The notes: generated by a model from the sequence alone, not told the origin. DNA of 64,000 bases from an uncultured Polyangiales bacterium (GCA_964624885.1 CAZUZY010000004.1:1438-65437), one strand, 5' to 3'. Shown: positions 35,301 to 44,165, counted from the first letter of the stretch. Made by a program: numbers and translations.

Positions 35301-37622
35301 ATGGGAATCGAACAAGACCCCCCCGCCCGCCGCATCCTGGTCATCGACGACAACCGGTCGATCCACGAGGACTTCGAGAAGACCCTCGTCGCCACGACGC
35401 GGAGCGACGAGCTCGGGGCGCTCGAGGGAGAGCTGTTCGCCGAGACCGGTCGGCCGCCGCCGCGGGCGCCGATGAAGTTCGAGGTCTCGTTCGCCTCGGG
35501 CGGCGAGGAGGGCGCCGGGATCGCGGCCGCGGCCCTGGCCGAGGGTCGACCGTTCTCGGTCGCCTTCGTCGACATGCGCATGCCACCCGGCTGGAACGGC
35601 GTGCAGACCATCCGCCGCCTCTGGGAGCTCGACCCCGAGCTGCAGTGCGTGATCTGCACCGCCTATTCGGACTACTCCTGGGAGGACATCCTCGCCGACC
35701 TCGGCGTCAACGACCGCCTGCTGCTCCTGCGCAAGCCGTTCGACCCCGCCGAGGTGTGTCAGCTCGCCTGCGCCCTCACCGAGAAGTGGCACCTCGCTCG
35801 GCGGGCACACCTCAAGCTCGAGCAGCTGCGGGGCATGGTCGAGGAGCAGACCCGCCACCTCGAGCAGGCCAACCGCAGCCTCGCCGAGAGCGAGGCGCGC
35901 TACGCCCTCGCCGCCGAGGGCGCCAACGACGGGCTCTGGGACTGGAACCTCACGACCGGGCGAGTGTTCTACTCGCCGCGCTGGCGCGCCCTGCTCGGGA
36001 TCCCGATCGAAGGGCCGCTCGGGGACGGGCTCGAGGCGTTCTTCGACCTCGTCCACCCGGAGGACCTGCCGACGCTGCGCGCGGCGTTCGCCGACCTGCG
36101 GGACGGCGCCGCGGATCAGGTCTCGGCCGAGTACCGCATCCGGCACACGGACGGTCAGCACCGCTGGATGCTCTGCCGCGGCGCCGTGACGCGGCGCCCG
36201 GACGGTCAGCCGACGCGCGCCGCCGGCTCGCAGACCGACATCACCAACCGCAAGATGGCCGAGACGCAGCTCCGGCACGAGGCGCTGCACGACGCCCTCA
36301 CCGGCCTGCCCAACCGGGTCCTCCTCAACGAGCGCATCCAGCGCTGCCTCGCGCGCCAGCGCCGCGACCCCGCGTTCCGCTTCGTCGTCATGTTCATCGA
36401 CCTCGACCGCTTCAAGGTCATCAACGACAGCCTCGGCCACGTGATCGGCGACGCGCTCCTCGTCGCCGTGTCCGAGCGCCTCTCGTCGTGCCTGCGCGAG
36501 ACCGACACCCTCGCGGCGGTGGACGCGCAGGGGGTCGCGCGACTCGGCGGGGACGAGTTCGTGGTCCTGCTCGAGGGGGTCCGACAGGACGCGGACGCGC
36601 TGCGGGTCGCCGAGCGGCTCCTCGAGCGCGTGGCCGAGCCGGTCGTGCTGTCCGGCCACACCGTGCACGTCTCGCTCAGCATCGGCGTCGCCATCGGGCA
36701 CTCGGGCTACGAGCGCGTGGAGGACATCATCCGCGACGCCGACACCGCGCTCTACCGCGCCAAGGGCGGCGGACGCGGGCGGTACGACGTGTTCACCGAC
36801 GACCTGCACGTGGCCGCCGTCAACCGCTGGCGGACCGAGGGCGAGCTGCGCCACGCGATCGAGCACCGCGAGTTCGTGCTGCAGTACCAGCCCGTGATGT
36901 CGCTCGCGACGGGGTCGGTGACGCACTTCGAGGCGCTCGTCCGCTGGGACCACCCGACCCGAGGGCGCGTCGGTCCGCACGAGTTCATCCCGCTGGCCGA
37001 GGAGAGCGGGCTCATCGTGCCGCTCGGCCGCTGGATCCTCGCCGAGGCGTGCCGGCAGATGGAGCAGTGGCAGGCGCTCGGCGTCGCGGCGGCGGTCGCG
37101 GTGAACGTGGCGAGCAAGCAGTTCGCCCAGCCCGCGTTCGTGGACGAGGTCGGCGCGCTGCTCGAGGCGACCGGCGTGCCGGCGGACTCGCTGCGCATCG
37201 AGCTCACCGAGAGCACCACCATGGATCCCAAGGCCATCGACACCTGCAGCCGCCTCGCCGCGCTCGGGGTGCGGCTCTACCTCGACGACTTCGGCACCGG
37301 GTACTCGTCGCTCAGCTACCTCACCCGGATGCCGATCCACGCGCTCAAGATCGACCGCTCGTTCGTCGCGCGGCTGACCGAGGACCCGATGAGCGCCTCG
37401 ATCGTGCAGACCATTCTCGCCCTCGCCACGGCGCTCGGCATGGAGGCCATCGCCGAGGGGGTCGAGACGAACGCCCAGGCCGAAGCGCTGCGGAGGATGA
37501 GCTGCGCGGCCGCCCAGGGGTACCTCTGGCACCGCCCCCTCGACCCCACCCGGGCCCTCTCCCTGCTGCAGGGGGAGCCCGAGCGGTGGCCGACCGGCGC
37601 GGCGACCGCGGCCGCCGAGTGA
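35301..37622 (+). CDS. Response regulator with PAS, GGDEF and EAL domains (FIST module B output)
   Basis: 773 aa. The receiver is ILVIDDNRSIHEDF...VAFVDMRMPPGWNG...RKPF. The PAS region is NDGLWDWNLTTGRVFYSPRW. The cyclase region contains RLGGDEFVVLL. The phosphodiesterase region contains FEALVRW, ELTE and DDFGTGYSSLSYL. Confidence 0.92.
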   Translation: MGIEQDPPARRILVIDDNRSIHEDFEKTLVATTRSDELGALEGELFAETGRPPPRAPMKFEVSFASGGEEGAGIAAAALAEGRPFSVAFVDMRMPPGWNGVQTIRRLWELDPELQCVICTAYSDYSWEDILADLGVNDRLLLLRKPFDPAEVCQLACALTEKWHLARRAHLKLEQLRGMVEEQTRHLEQANRSLAESEARYALAAEGANDGLWDWNLTTGRVFYSPRWRALLGIPIEGPLGDGLEAFFDLVHPEDLPTLRAAFADLRDGAADQVSAEYRIRHTDGQHRWMLCRGAVTRRPDGQPTRAAGSQTDITNRKMAETQLRHEALHDALTGLPNRVLLNERIQRCLARQRRDPAFRFVVMFIDLDRFKVINDSLGHVIGDALLVAVSERLSSCLRETDTLAAVDAQGVARLGGDEFVVLLEGVRQDADALRVAERLLERVAEPVVLSGHTVHVSLSIGVAIGHSGYERVEDIIRDADTALYRAKGGGRGRYDVFTDDLHVAAVNRWRTEGELRHAIEHREFVLQYQPVMSLATGSVTHFEALVRWDHPTRGRVGPHEFIPLAEESGLIVPLGRWILAEACRQMEQWQALGVAAAVAVNVASKQFAQPAFVDEVGALLEATGVPADSLRIELTESTTMDPKAIDTCSRLAALGVRLYLDDFGTGYSSLSYLTRMPIHALKIDRSFVARLTEDPMSASIVQTILALATALGMEAIAEGVETNAQAEALRRMSCAAAQGYLWHRPLDPTRALSLLQGEPERWPTGAATAAAE

Positions 37623-37721
37623 GCCTGGTGAACCCAGCCAACCGGTGAGCCTGCGCCGACACCGACGAGCTCCTCCGCGCGTCGCCCGACATTGCTCTGT
37701 CGGACCGCGCGAATCGGAGCC

Positions 37722-38333
37722 ATGCTTGGCGCCGTGGACACGTTCACCGCCGCGAGTCAGCACTGTGACATCGTGGAACGCCTGGCCCGCGTGACGCCGG
37801 ATCAACAGGTCCGCGGGGTCTGGTTCGCGATGCTCCACGACGAGGTCCGGCGCCGAGGCGAGACGCTGGGCGCGGCGTTCGACGCCGAGGTCGGCGCCCC
37901 CGACTACGTCACCTTCCGCATGTATCCGGTGGCCGACTACCTGCGGCGCCTGGTGGTGGCGGGGGCCCGCGTGGCCTCGCCCGAGCGCGTGCACGAAGGC
38001 ATGCGCGACCTGCACCGCGAGTCGGTGCGCTACTTCGCGCGGAGCGTGGTCGGGCGCGCGTTCGTCTCGCTCATCCGCTTCTCCCAGACGCCCCTCGGCT
38101 TGTTCCAGCAGGTCGCACGGAGCCGCAGCCACATCGCGACCTACGGGCGCTGGCTCATCGAGCCCATCGCGACCCGGCGGGCGCGCGTGCGCATCGAGGG
38201 CGAGCCGGTCTACGTCGAGAGCGCGCAGGTCGGGGGCATCCTCAGCGTCTGTGACATGTGCGGCGTGCGCGGCGAGATCGAGCACGTCGAGATGCTGGGC
38301 CCGTTCGACGGCATCGTGGAAGTCAGCTGGTAG
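37722..38333 (+). CDS. TIGR02265/DUF2378-like protein (myxobacterial paralogous family)
   Basis: The ORF is 37692..38333; I prefer the ATG at 37722. The size and overall pattern (VRGVWFAMLHDEV, YPVADYLRRLVVAG, RDLHRESVRYF, ESAQVGGILSVCDMCG) match my memory of this family. The family call is moderate. Confidence 0.6.
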   Translation: MLGAVDTFTAASQHCDIVERLARVTPDQQVRGVWFAMLHDEVRRRGETLGAAFDAEVGAPDYVTFRMYPVADYLRRLVVAGARVASPERVHEGMRDLHRESVRYFARSVVGRAFVSLIRFSQTPLGLFQQVARSRSHIATYGRWLIEPIATRRARVRIEGEPVYVESAQVGGILSVCDMCGVRGEIEHVEMLGPFDGIVEVSW

Positions 38334-38336
38334 GGA

Positions 38337-39686
38337 TCAGCCGCTGCGACGCAGGCGATCGAGGCGGCGCTGGAACGCCTTGCGCTGCACCCCGAGCAGT
38401 CGGGCGGCGGCGCTCTTGTTGCCGTCGCACTCGAGCATGGCGGCCGTCAGCAGCTTCTCCTCGGCGATGTGCAGGCGCGAGCGGCCGTCGGGCGCGGGGA
38501 GGTGCAGCAGGGTCTGTACGGCCTCGCCGACGTCGGTCGTGGTCTCGGTGGGCGGCACGAGCGCCTCGAGGGTCGGGACGTCGACGTGGGGGTCCTCGGC
38601 GAGCACCGCGAGCCGCTCCACGACGTTGTGGAGCTCGCGCACGTTGCCCGGCCACGGCCGGTGGCGCAGCCACTCGAGCGCCTCGCGGGTGAACGTGAGG
38701 CCCCGCGGCTGGGCGGCGGCGAACGCCTCGACGAGCTCGCGCACGTCGTCGCCGCGCGCGGCGAGCGAAGGCACCGCGACCACCACCACCGACAGCCGGT
38801 GGTAGAGGTCTTCGCGGAAGAGCCCCTGGCGCACCCGGGCCAGGAGGTCGACGTGGGTGGCCGCCACGATGCGCGCGCGCAGGGCCACCTCGCGCTCGGC
38901 ACCGAGGGGTCGGAAGCTCCGATCGTCGAGCACGTGGAGCAGCTTCGCCTGCATCTCGAGCGGGAGCTCGGCGATCTCGTCGAGGAGCAGCGTGCCGCCG
39001 CCGGCGAGCTCGAGGTGCCCACGCACGCGGCGATCGGCGCCGGTGAACGCCCCGCGCTCGTGGCCGAACAACGACGACTCGACCAGCGTCGGCGGCATCG
39101 CCGCGCAGTGCACGACGACGAACGGCTCGGCCGCCCGCCGGCTCGCGCGGTGGAGCGCGCGTGCGACGAGGCCCTTGCCCGCGCCCGTCTCCCCGCGCAG
39201 GAGCACGGTGGAGGGGGTGTCGGCGACGCGCGCGATCAGCTGGCGCAGGTGCTCCATGGCCGGTGACGAGCCCAGCACCTCGTTGTGCGAGGTCACCCGC
39301 ACGCGGCTCGGCGGCGGCTCGCGGAGCTCCTCGAGCAAGGGGACGAGCACCTGCGCGCTCAGCTCGTCCTTGAGGAGGTAGTCGCGCGCGCCGAGGCGCA
39401 GGGCCTCGCGCACGTCCTCGAGCTCACTGGAGGAGGTGAGGACGATGGTGGGCAGCGCGCGGCCTGCCTGTCGGAGCTCGCGGAGCAGGTCGAAGCCGCC
39501 CCGATCGGTCGGACGATCGCTGAGGCGCACGTCGAGGATCATGGCGTCGATCGCCACGCGCTCGAGGGCGAGGCGGGCCGTGGCGACGTCTTCGGCCTCG
39601 ATCACGTCGACGTCTCCGAGGCGACCGATCATCGCGCGCAGGACCTGCCGCAGACGGCGGCTGTCCTCGACCAACAGGATTTTCAC
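38337..39686 (-). CDS. Sigma54-dependent enhancer-binding response regulator (NtrC family)
   Basis: The ORF is 38337..39836; I prefer the GTG at 39686 (VKILLVEDS). The receiver has DAMILDVRLSD. The AAA+ domain has Walker A GETGAGKG, the GAFTGA loop (ERGAFTGA), and LLLDEI. The C-terminal Fis-type HTH is GNKSAAARLLGVQRKAFQRRL. Confidence 0.92.
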   Translation of the reverse strand: MKILLVEDSRRLRQVLRAMIGRLGDVDVIEAEDVATARLALERVAIDAMILDVRLSDRPTDRGGFDLLRELRQAGRALPTIVLTSSSELEDVREALRLGARDYLLKDELSAQVLVPLLEELREPPPSRVRVTSHNEVLGSSPAMEHLRQLIARVADTPSTVLLRGETGAGKGLVARALHRASRRAAEPFVVVHCAAMPPTLVESSLFGHERGAFTGADRRVRGHLELAGGGTLLLDEIAELPLEMQAKLLHVLDDRSFRPLGAEREVALRARIVAATHVDLLARVRQGLFREDLYHRLSVVVVAVPSLAARGDDVRELVEAFAAAQPRGLTFTREALEWLRHRPWPGNVRELHNVVERLAVLAEDPHVDVPTLEALVPPTETTTDVGEAVQTLLHLPAPDGRSRLHIAEEKLLTAAMLECDGNKSAAARLLGVQRKAFQRRLDRLRRSG

Positions 39687-39713
39687 GGGGTCCAAACATA
39701 CGTCGCCGTGGGC

Positions 39714-39745
39714 CGTTTTCGACCCCGACCTGGACGTTTCCGACC
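39714..39745 (+). promoter_or_regulatory. Direct repeat CGTTT(T/C)CGACC x2 (period 21 bp); candidate upstream activator site
   Basis: The copies are at 39714-39724 and 39735-39745, with 10 of 11 bases identical. They lie 57-88 bp upstream of the -24 element, between the EBP gene and its putative target promoter. Confidence 0.3.
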
Positions 39746-39800
39746 AGCCGACACCTCCCACGCCGACTCCCTCGACCGGCGTCTGCCCTACATCCACCCA

Positions 39801-39816
39801 CGGCACGGTCGATGCT
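39801..39816 (+). promoter_or_regulatory. Sigma54 (-24/-12) type promoter for the ThDP-enzyme/KASIII operon
   Basis: cGGCACGgtcgaTGCt has GG at 39802-39803 and GC at 39814-39815, exactly 10 nt apart. It matches GGCACG-N4-(T)TGC. An RBS-like gggagga at 39836-39842 and the ATG at 39848 follow. A sigma54 EBP gene is divergently adjacent. Confidence 0.65.
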
Positions 39817-39847
39817 CTCGCGCGGCGCGAACCCACGGGAGGATTCC

Positions 39848-41572
39848 ATGCACACCCAGGAAATCGAGCTCAGTCCACGTCCACAGAGCCGCACGTCGAG
39901 CGAGACGAGCGGTGCGCACCTGCTGCTCGACACGCTCCTCGGCCACGGCATCGACGTCGTGTTCGGCTTGCCGGGCGGCACGATCATGCCGCTGTACGAC
40001 GCGCTCGGGGATCGGTCGGCGATCGAGGTGGTGACGTGTCGTCACGAGACGGCCGCGATGTTCGCCGCGATGGGTTACGGGCGAGCGACCGGTCGACCCG
40101 CGCTCGTGCTCGTGACGTCGGGGCCGGGCCTCACCAACGCGCTCACGGGCCTCGCCGCGGCGGCGTGCGAGGGGATCCCGCTCCTCGTCGTCGCGGGCGA
40201 GATCTCCACCGCGAGCGTCGGGCGCTTCGCGCTGCAGGACGGGAGCCCGAGTGGGCTCGACGTCCTCTCGTTGACCCGCCCCCTCACCCGCTTCTCCGCG
40301 CGCGTCGATCGGCCGACCGCGCTGGAGGCGCTGGTCCGGAGGGCGCTGGCCGAAGCGACCGGCCCCCGCCCCGGCCCGGTGTTCCTATCGCTGCCGCTCG
40401 ACGTCGCGCGGGCCAAGGTGCGTCCCCACAGCCTGGGCGGCGCGGTCCAGGCGACCCACGAGACGACCGACCGGAGCGCGTGCGAGGCAGCGGCGCGGCT
40501 CCTCGGGCGCGCCACGCGCCCGGCGATCGTGCTCGGCAACGGCGCGCGCGAACGGGGCCTGTCCACGCTGGTGGAGGAGATCGCCGAGCGGACCCACGCG
40601 ATGGTCACGGCCACGACCCACGGCAAGGGCGCGTTCCCGGAGCGCCACCCACGCTACCTCGGGGTCCTCGGATTCGGGGGCCACGCACGGGCGCTCGACT
40701 ACCTCGCGAGCGCCGACCTCACGCTGGTGGTCGGGTCGCGCCTCGGGGACATCTCGACCAACGGCTGGACGGTCTCGTTCGGTGGCCCGCTGGTCCACGT
40801 CGACCGGGATCCCACGGCGATCGGGCGCAACCACCCGACGGAGCTGGGCATCGTCGGCGACGCCCGCGCGAGCCTCGCGGCGATCCGCGCGGCGCTGCCG
40901 GCGCGCGCCTCGTACGCACCGCACCCCTCGGGCCTCGCCCTCGACGAGGACCCCCGGCGCGCCGACACCAGCGTGCCCCTCAAGCCCCAGTGGTTGATGG
41001 CGACCCTCGAGCGCGCGCTGCCCCGATCGACGATCTTCACGGTCGACATCGGCGAGCACGCCGCGTTCGCGGTGCACCACCTCCGGGTCGACGGGCCGGA
41101 GCGGTTCCACATGTTCGCCGGGCTCGGCTCGATGGGGAGCGGGATCTGCGCCGCCATGGGGTTCAAGGTCGCCCACCCGAACACGCCCGTGGTCGCGATC
41201 TGCGGCGACGGCGGCCTCGCGATGCACGCGGGCGAGCTGCTCACCTGCGCGGAGAACGGCATCAACGTGACGTTCGTGGTCCTGAACGACGGGCGCTACC
41301 GGATGGTCGACGCCGGCCTCCAGCACATCTTCGGGCGACGCTCACCAGGCCTCCCGGCCCACGTGGCCGACCTCGCGAGCCTGGCCCGCGCCTGCGGGGT
41401 GATCGGCGTCACGGTCGACGCGCCGGGCGACCTCGACTCGCGGCGACTGTCCGCGCTCTTGTCGATCCAGCGCCCCGTGGTGCTGGACGTGCGCATCGAC
41501 CCGAGCGAGCACCTCTCGATCCAGACGCGGCTCGCCTCGCTCAAGCACTTCTCCGAGGAGGGTGGACGATGA
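39848..41572 (+). CDS. Thiamine-diphosphate-dependent enzyme, acetolactate-synthase-like
   Basis: The ORF is 39812..41572; I prefer the ATG at 39848. The N-terminal Pyr domain has GIDVVFGLPGG...RHETAAMFAAMGY...TSGPGLTNALTGLAAA. The ThDP-binding motif is GDGGLAMHAGELLTCAENGINVTFVVLNDGRY. Confidence 0.9.
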   Translation: MHTQEIELSPRPQSRTSSETSGAHLLLDTLLGHGIDVVFGLPGGTIMPLYDALGDRSAIEVVTCRHETAAMFAAMGYGRATGRPALVLVTSGPGLTNALTGLAAAACEGIPLLVVAGEISTASVGRFALQDGSPSGLDVLSLTRPLTRFSARVDRPTALEALVRRALAEATGPRPGPVFLSLPLDVARAKVRPHSLGGAVQATHETTDRSACEAAARLLGRATRPAIVLGNGARERGLSTLVEEIAERTHAMVTATTHGKGAFPERHPRYLGVLGFGGHARALDYLASADLTLVVGSRLGDISTNGWTVSFGGPLVHVDRDPTAIGRNHPTELGIVGDARASLAAIRAALPARASYAPHPSGLALDEDPRRADTSVPLKPQWLMATLERALPRSTIFTVDIGEHAAFAVHHLRVDGPERFHMFAGLGSMGSGICAAMGFKVAHPNTPVVAICGDGGLAMHAGELLTCAENGINVTFVVLNDGRYRMVDAGLQHIFGRRSPGLPAHVADLASLARACGVIGVTVDAPGDLDSRRLSALLSIQRPVVLDVRIDPSEHLSIQTRLASLKHFSEEGGR

Positions 41573-42633
41573 GCGCCACGATCCACGGCCTCGGGCTCTA
41601 CCTGCCCGAGACGGTACGGCGCAACGAGGACTGGCCGCCCTCGTTCCGCGAGCAGTTCGAGCGCCTGCGCCGCGACGACCTCACCCGCATCGATCCCGCC
41701 GACGACGCGATTGGAGCCCTCGCCGAGCGCCACGCCGCGATCCACGAGCGCGACCCGTTCCGCGGCGCGCGGCAACGGCACGTCGCCGTCGAGACGACCT
41801 CGAGCGAGGCCGGGGCCCGGGCGGCAGAGGCTGCCCTCGCGGACGCCGGGATCGACGCCTCGGAGGTGGACCTCGTGCTCTCGCACGCGCTCGTGCCCGA
41901 GCGCGTGTCGCCCCCGGATGCGGCCCGCATCGCGGCGCACCTCGGCATCCGGCGGGCGGCGGCGCTGGGGCTCGACGCGGTGTGCGCTTCGGTGATCGCG
42001 CAGCTCGTGGTGGCGAGCGCGATGATCGAGAGCGGCCGCGCGCGTCGTGTGCTCCTCGTGCAGTCGCACCTCGTGTCACCCACGCTCGACTGGACGAAGC
42101 CGGCGTCGGCGATCTTCGGCGACGCGGCCACCGCGCTGGTGGTCGGGCCGGGCGCGCCCGGTGAGGGGCTCCGCGCCGATGTGGCCTCCGTCGACGGCGC
42201 GATGCACGCGGCCGTGAGCTTCGAGCGGCGGGAGGGGACGCCCTGGTACACCGGGGGTGAAGCGATGCACCCGGCGAGCGCGGATCGCGCGGCCACCCAG
42301 CGCATGACGTCGCGCCTCCTGCACTTCGGCGTCGACACGCTCGGCGCCCTGTTCGACCGCGCGCACATCCACGGCGGTGACGTCGACGTGCTCGCCACCA
42401 TCCAGCCCGCCGCGTGGTACCCGACAGCACTCGGCGAAGCGGTGGGGGTGCCGCGGGGCCGCGCCCCTTCGACCTTCGACCGCATCGCGCACGTCGGGGC
42501 CTGCGGCGTGGTTGCCAACCTGCTCGAAGCGCGCGCGCAGGGGCTGCTCGTGCCCGGTGCCCAGGTGGTCCTCTACGCGCACGGCGCGGGGATGAACTGT
42601 GTGGCAGCTCTGCTCCGATGGGGGCAAAGGTAG
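41569..42633 (+). CDS. KASIII (FabH)-like thiolase-fold protein with non-canonical active-site motifs
   Basis: The in-frame ATG at 41569 lies within ORF 39436..42633 and overlaps the upstream stop (ATGA). The FabH-like layout has the Cys motif LGLDAVCASVIAQL. The position of PHQAN reads ATIQPAAW, and the position of HGNTSAAS reads AHVGACGVV. Confidence 0.8.
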   Translation: MSATIHGLGLYLPETVRRNEDWPPSFREQFERLRRDDLTRIDPADDAIGALAERHAAIHERDPFRGARQRHVAVETTSSEAGARAAEAALADAGIDASEVDLVLSHALVPERVSPPDAARIAAHLGIRRAAALGLDAVCASVIAQLVVASAMIESGRARRVLLVQSHLVSPTLDWTKPASAIFGDAATALVVGPGAPGEGLRADVASVDGAMHAAVSFERREGTPWYTGGEAMHPASADRAATQRMTSRLLHFGVDTLGALFDRAHIHGGDVDVLATIQPAAWYPTALGEAVGVPRGRAPSTFDRIAHVGACGVVANLLEARAQGLLVPGAQVVLYAHGAGMNCVAALLRWGQR

Positions 42634-42677
42634 GAGTCACAAGCGGGACACGAGCGGGCTGCTAAGCTGTCTCGACG

Positions 42678-44165
42678 ATGTCGGGGCGGCCGTTCACAAC
42701 CCACATCCTCACGACGCCCTCGCGAGCGACCGCCGTCCGCCAGGCGCTGCTCGCGTCTGGCGTCGACGCGCAGTTGCTGGTCGGGGAGATCACCCTGCTC
42801 GCGGAGACGCTCCGCAAGGGCGACCCCTCGGTGGTGCTCATCGGCGTCGCCGACGAGGGCGTTCATCGCGGCTGCCTCGACGAGATCATCTCCTATCGCG
42901 CGCTCACCCCGGAGCTGCTCGCCCTCGCGGCGCGCACGAGTGTCGAGCGGGTGGCCATGGTCTCTCGCCTGGCAGACGCCGAGCGTTCGAGCCGCCACAA
43001 GGAGCAGCTCGCGTCCCTCGGGGTGGTGGTCGCGGGCGCGATGCACGAGATCAACAACCCGACCGCCGCCCTGCGGCTCAGCATGGAGGCCCTCGGAGAC
43101 CTGGTCGGCGAGCTGCGCACCGAGGTGGCCCGCCTCGAGGAGCTGCTCGTGGCCCCGGGCGCGCACGAGCTCGAGGCGGCGCGAGCCTCCGTCGGTCAGC
43201 TGCACGCGCTCTTGCGGGAGGACGGCGCCACGAGCCTCATCGGTGACTCGCTCGAGGACCTGCACGTGATCCGCGACGTCGCCCGCGATCTGCGCACCAT
43301 CGCCTCGGTGGAGTCGAAGGACGTGGCGCCCGAGATCGTCAACGTGGCCACCGTCGTCAAGCAGGCGCTGCGCCTCTCCCCGATCGATCCCGACGTCGTG
43401 CACGTGGAGCTCGACTTCTCCGATCCGGTCCCGCTGCTCTGGCTCCCACGCTCGCGACTCGTCCAGATCGTGAGCAACCTGGTGACCAACGCCTGCCACG
43501 CGATGCAGCAGATCGAGCGGCCGATGCACCGCCTGCGGATCAGCGTGCGCGAGGACGAGACCACCCTCTTGCTCGCGGTCAGCGACACCGGCATCGGCAT
43601 CGAGCCCGAGGTGCTGCCGTCGGTGTTCGAGCCGTTCTTCACGACCAAGGGCCCCGAGCGCGGCACCGGGCTCGGCCTCTCGATGTCGCGCGAGATCGTG
43701 CGGCGCCTCGGTGGCGATCTGTGCATCGACGCCATCGCCGGTGAGGGCGCCATCGCGATGGTGTTCCTGCCCCTCAGCCTCCGCGCCGACGTCACGCCCC
43801 CGCCGAGCGACCGTCAACGGCCGCGGGTGCTGCTCGTCGACAGCGACTTCGAGCGACTGCGGCGCATGGAGCGCGCGCTGCGCCACGACTTCGAGGTGCT
43901 CGTCGCGCAGAGCGGGCTCGACGCGCTCGCGTTGCTGGAGTCGGGCGCGCGCGTCGACGGGATCCTCGGCGAGGCGACGATGCGCGAGATGGACGGGGAG
44001 GCGTTCCTCGGCGAGGTGAAGGCGCACTGGCCCAGCCGTCAGCGGCACGTCGTCCTCTATGGCAGCGAGACGCCGGTCGAGGGTGTTCGGGTCGCGCACT
44101 GCCCGAGCGACGACGCGGCGTGGCTCGCGCTCGCCCGAGAGGCCACCGGGATGGCCTTGCACTAG
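42678..44165 (+). CDS. Hybrid sensor histidine kinase (pseudo-receiver N-terminus, HisKA, HATPase, C-terminal receiver-like domain)
   Basis: 495 aa. The H-box is GAMHEINNPTAAL. The N-box is VSNLVTNACHAM and the G-boxes are DTGIGI and GTGLGLSMS. The C-terminal region is VLLVDSDFERL...DGILGEATMREMDG. It starts 45 nt downstream of the KASIII-like gene. Confidence 0.88.
   Translation: MSGRPFTTHILTTPSRATAVRQALLASGVDAQLLVGEITLLAETLRKGDPSVVLIGVADEGVHRGCLDEIISYRALTPELLALAARTSVERVAMVSRLADAERSSRHKEQLASLGVVVAGAMHEINNPTAALRLSMEALGDLVGELRTEVARLEELLVAPGAHELEAARASVGQLHALLREDGATSLIGDSLEDLHVIRDVARDLRTIASVESKDVAPEIVNVATVVKQALRLSPIDPDVVHVELDFSDPVPLLWLPRSRLVQIVSNLVTNACHAMQQIERPMHRLRISVREDETTLLLAVSDTGIGIEPEVLPSVFEPFFTTKGPERGTGLGLSMSREIVRRLGGDLCIDAIAGEGAIAMVFLPLSLRADVTPPPSDRQRPRVLLVDSDFERLRRMERALRHDFEVLVAQSGLDALALLESGARVDGILGEATMREMDGEAFLGEVKAHWPSRQRHVVLYGSETPVEGVRVAHCPSDDAAWLALAREATGMALH

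Noticed and set aside
34313-38285. 1111-aa (+, 34313..37648) and 1002-aa (-, 35277..38285) ORFs overlapping the HK and GGDEF-EAL genes
   Set aside because: The same artefact applies. The frame carrying H-box, PAS, GGDEF and EAL motifs (34245..35291, 35301..37622) explains the region. The alternatives have low-complexity RGAP composition.
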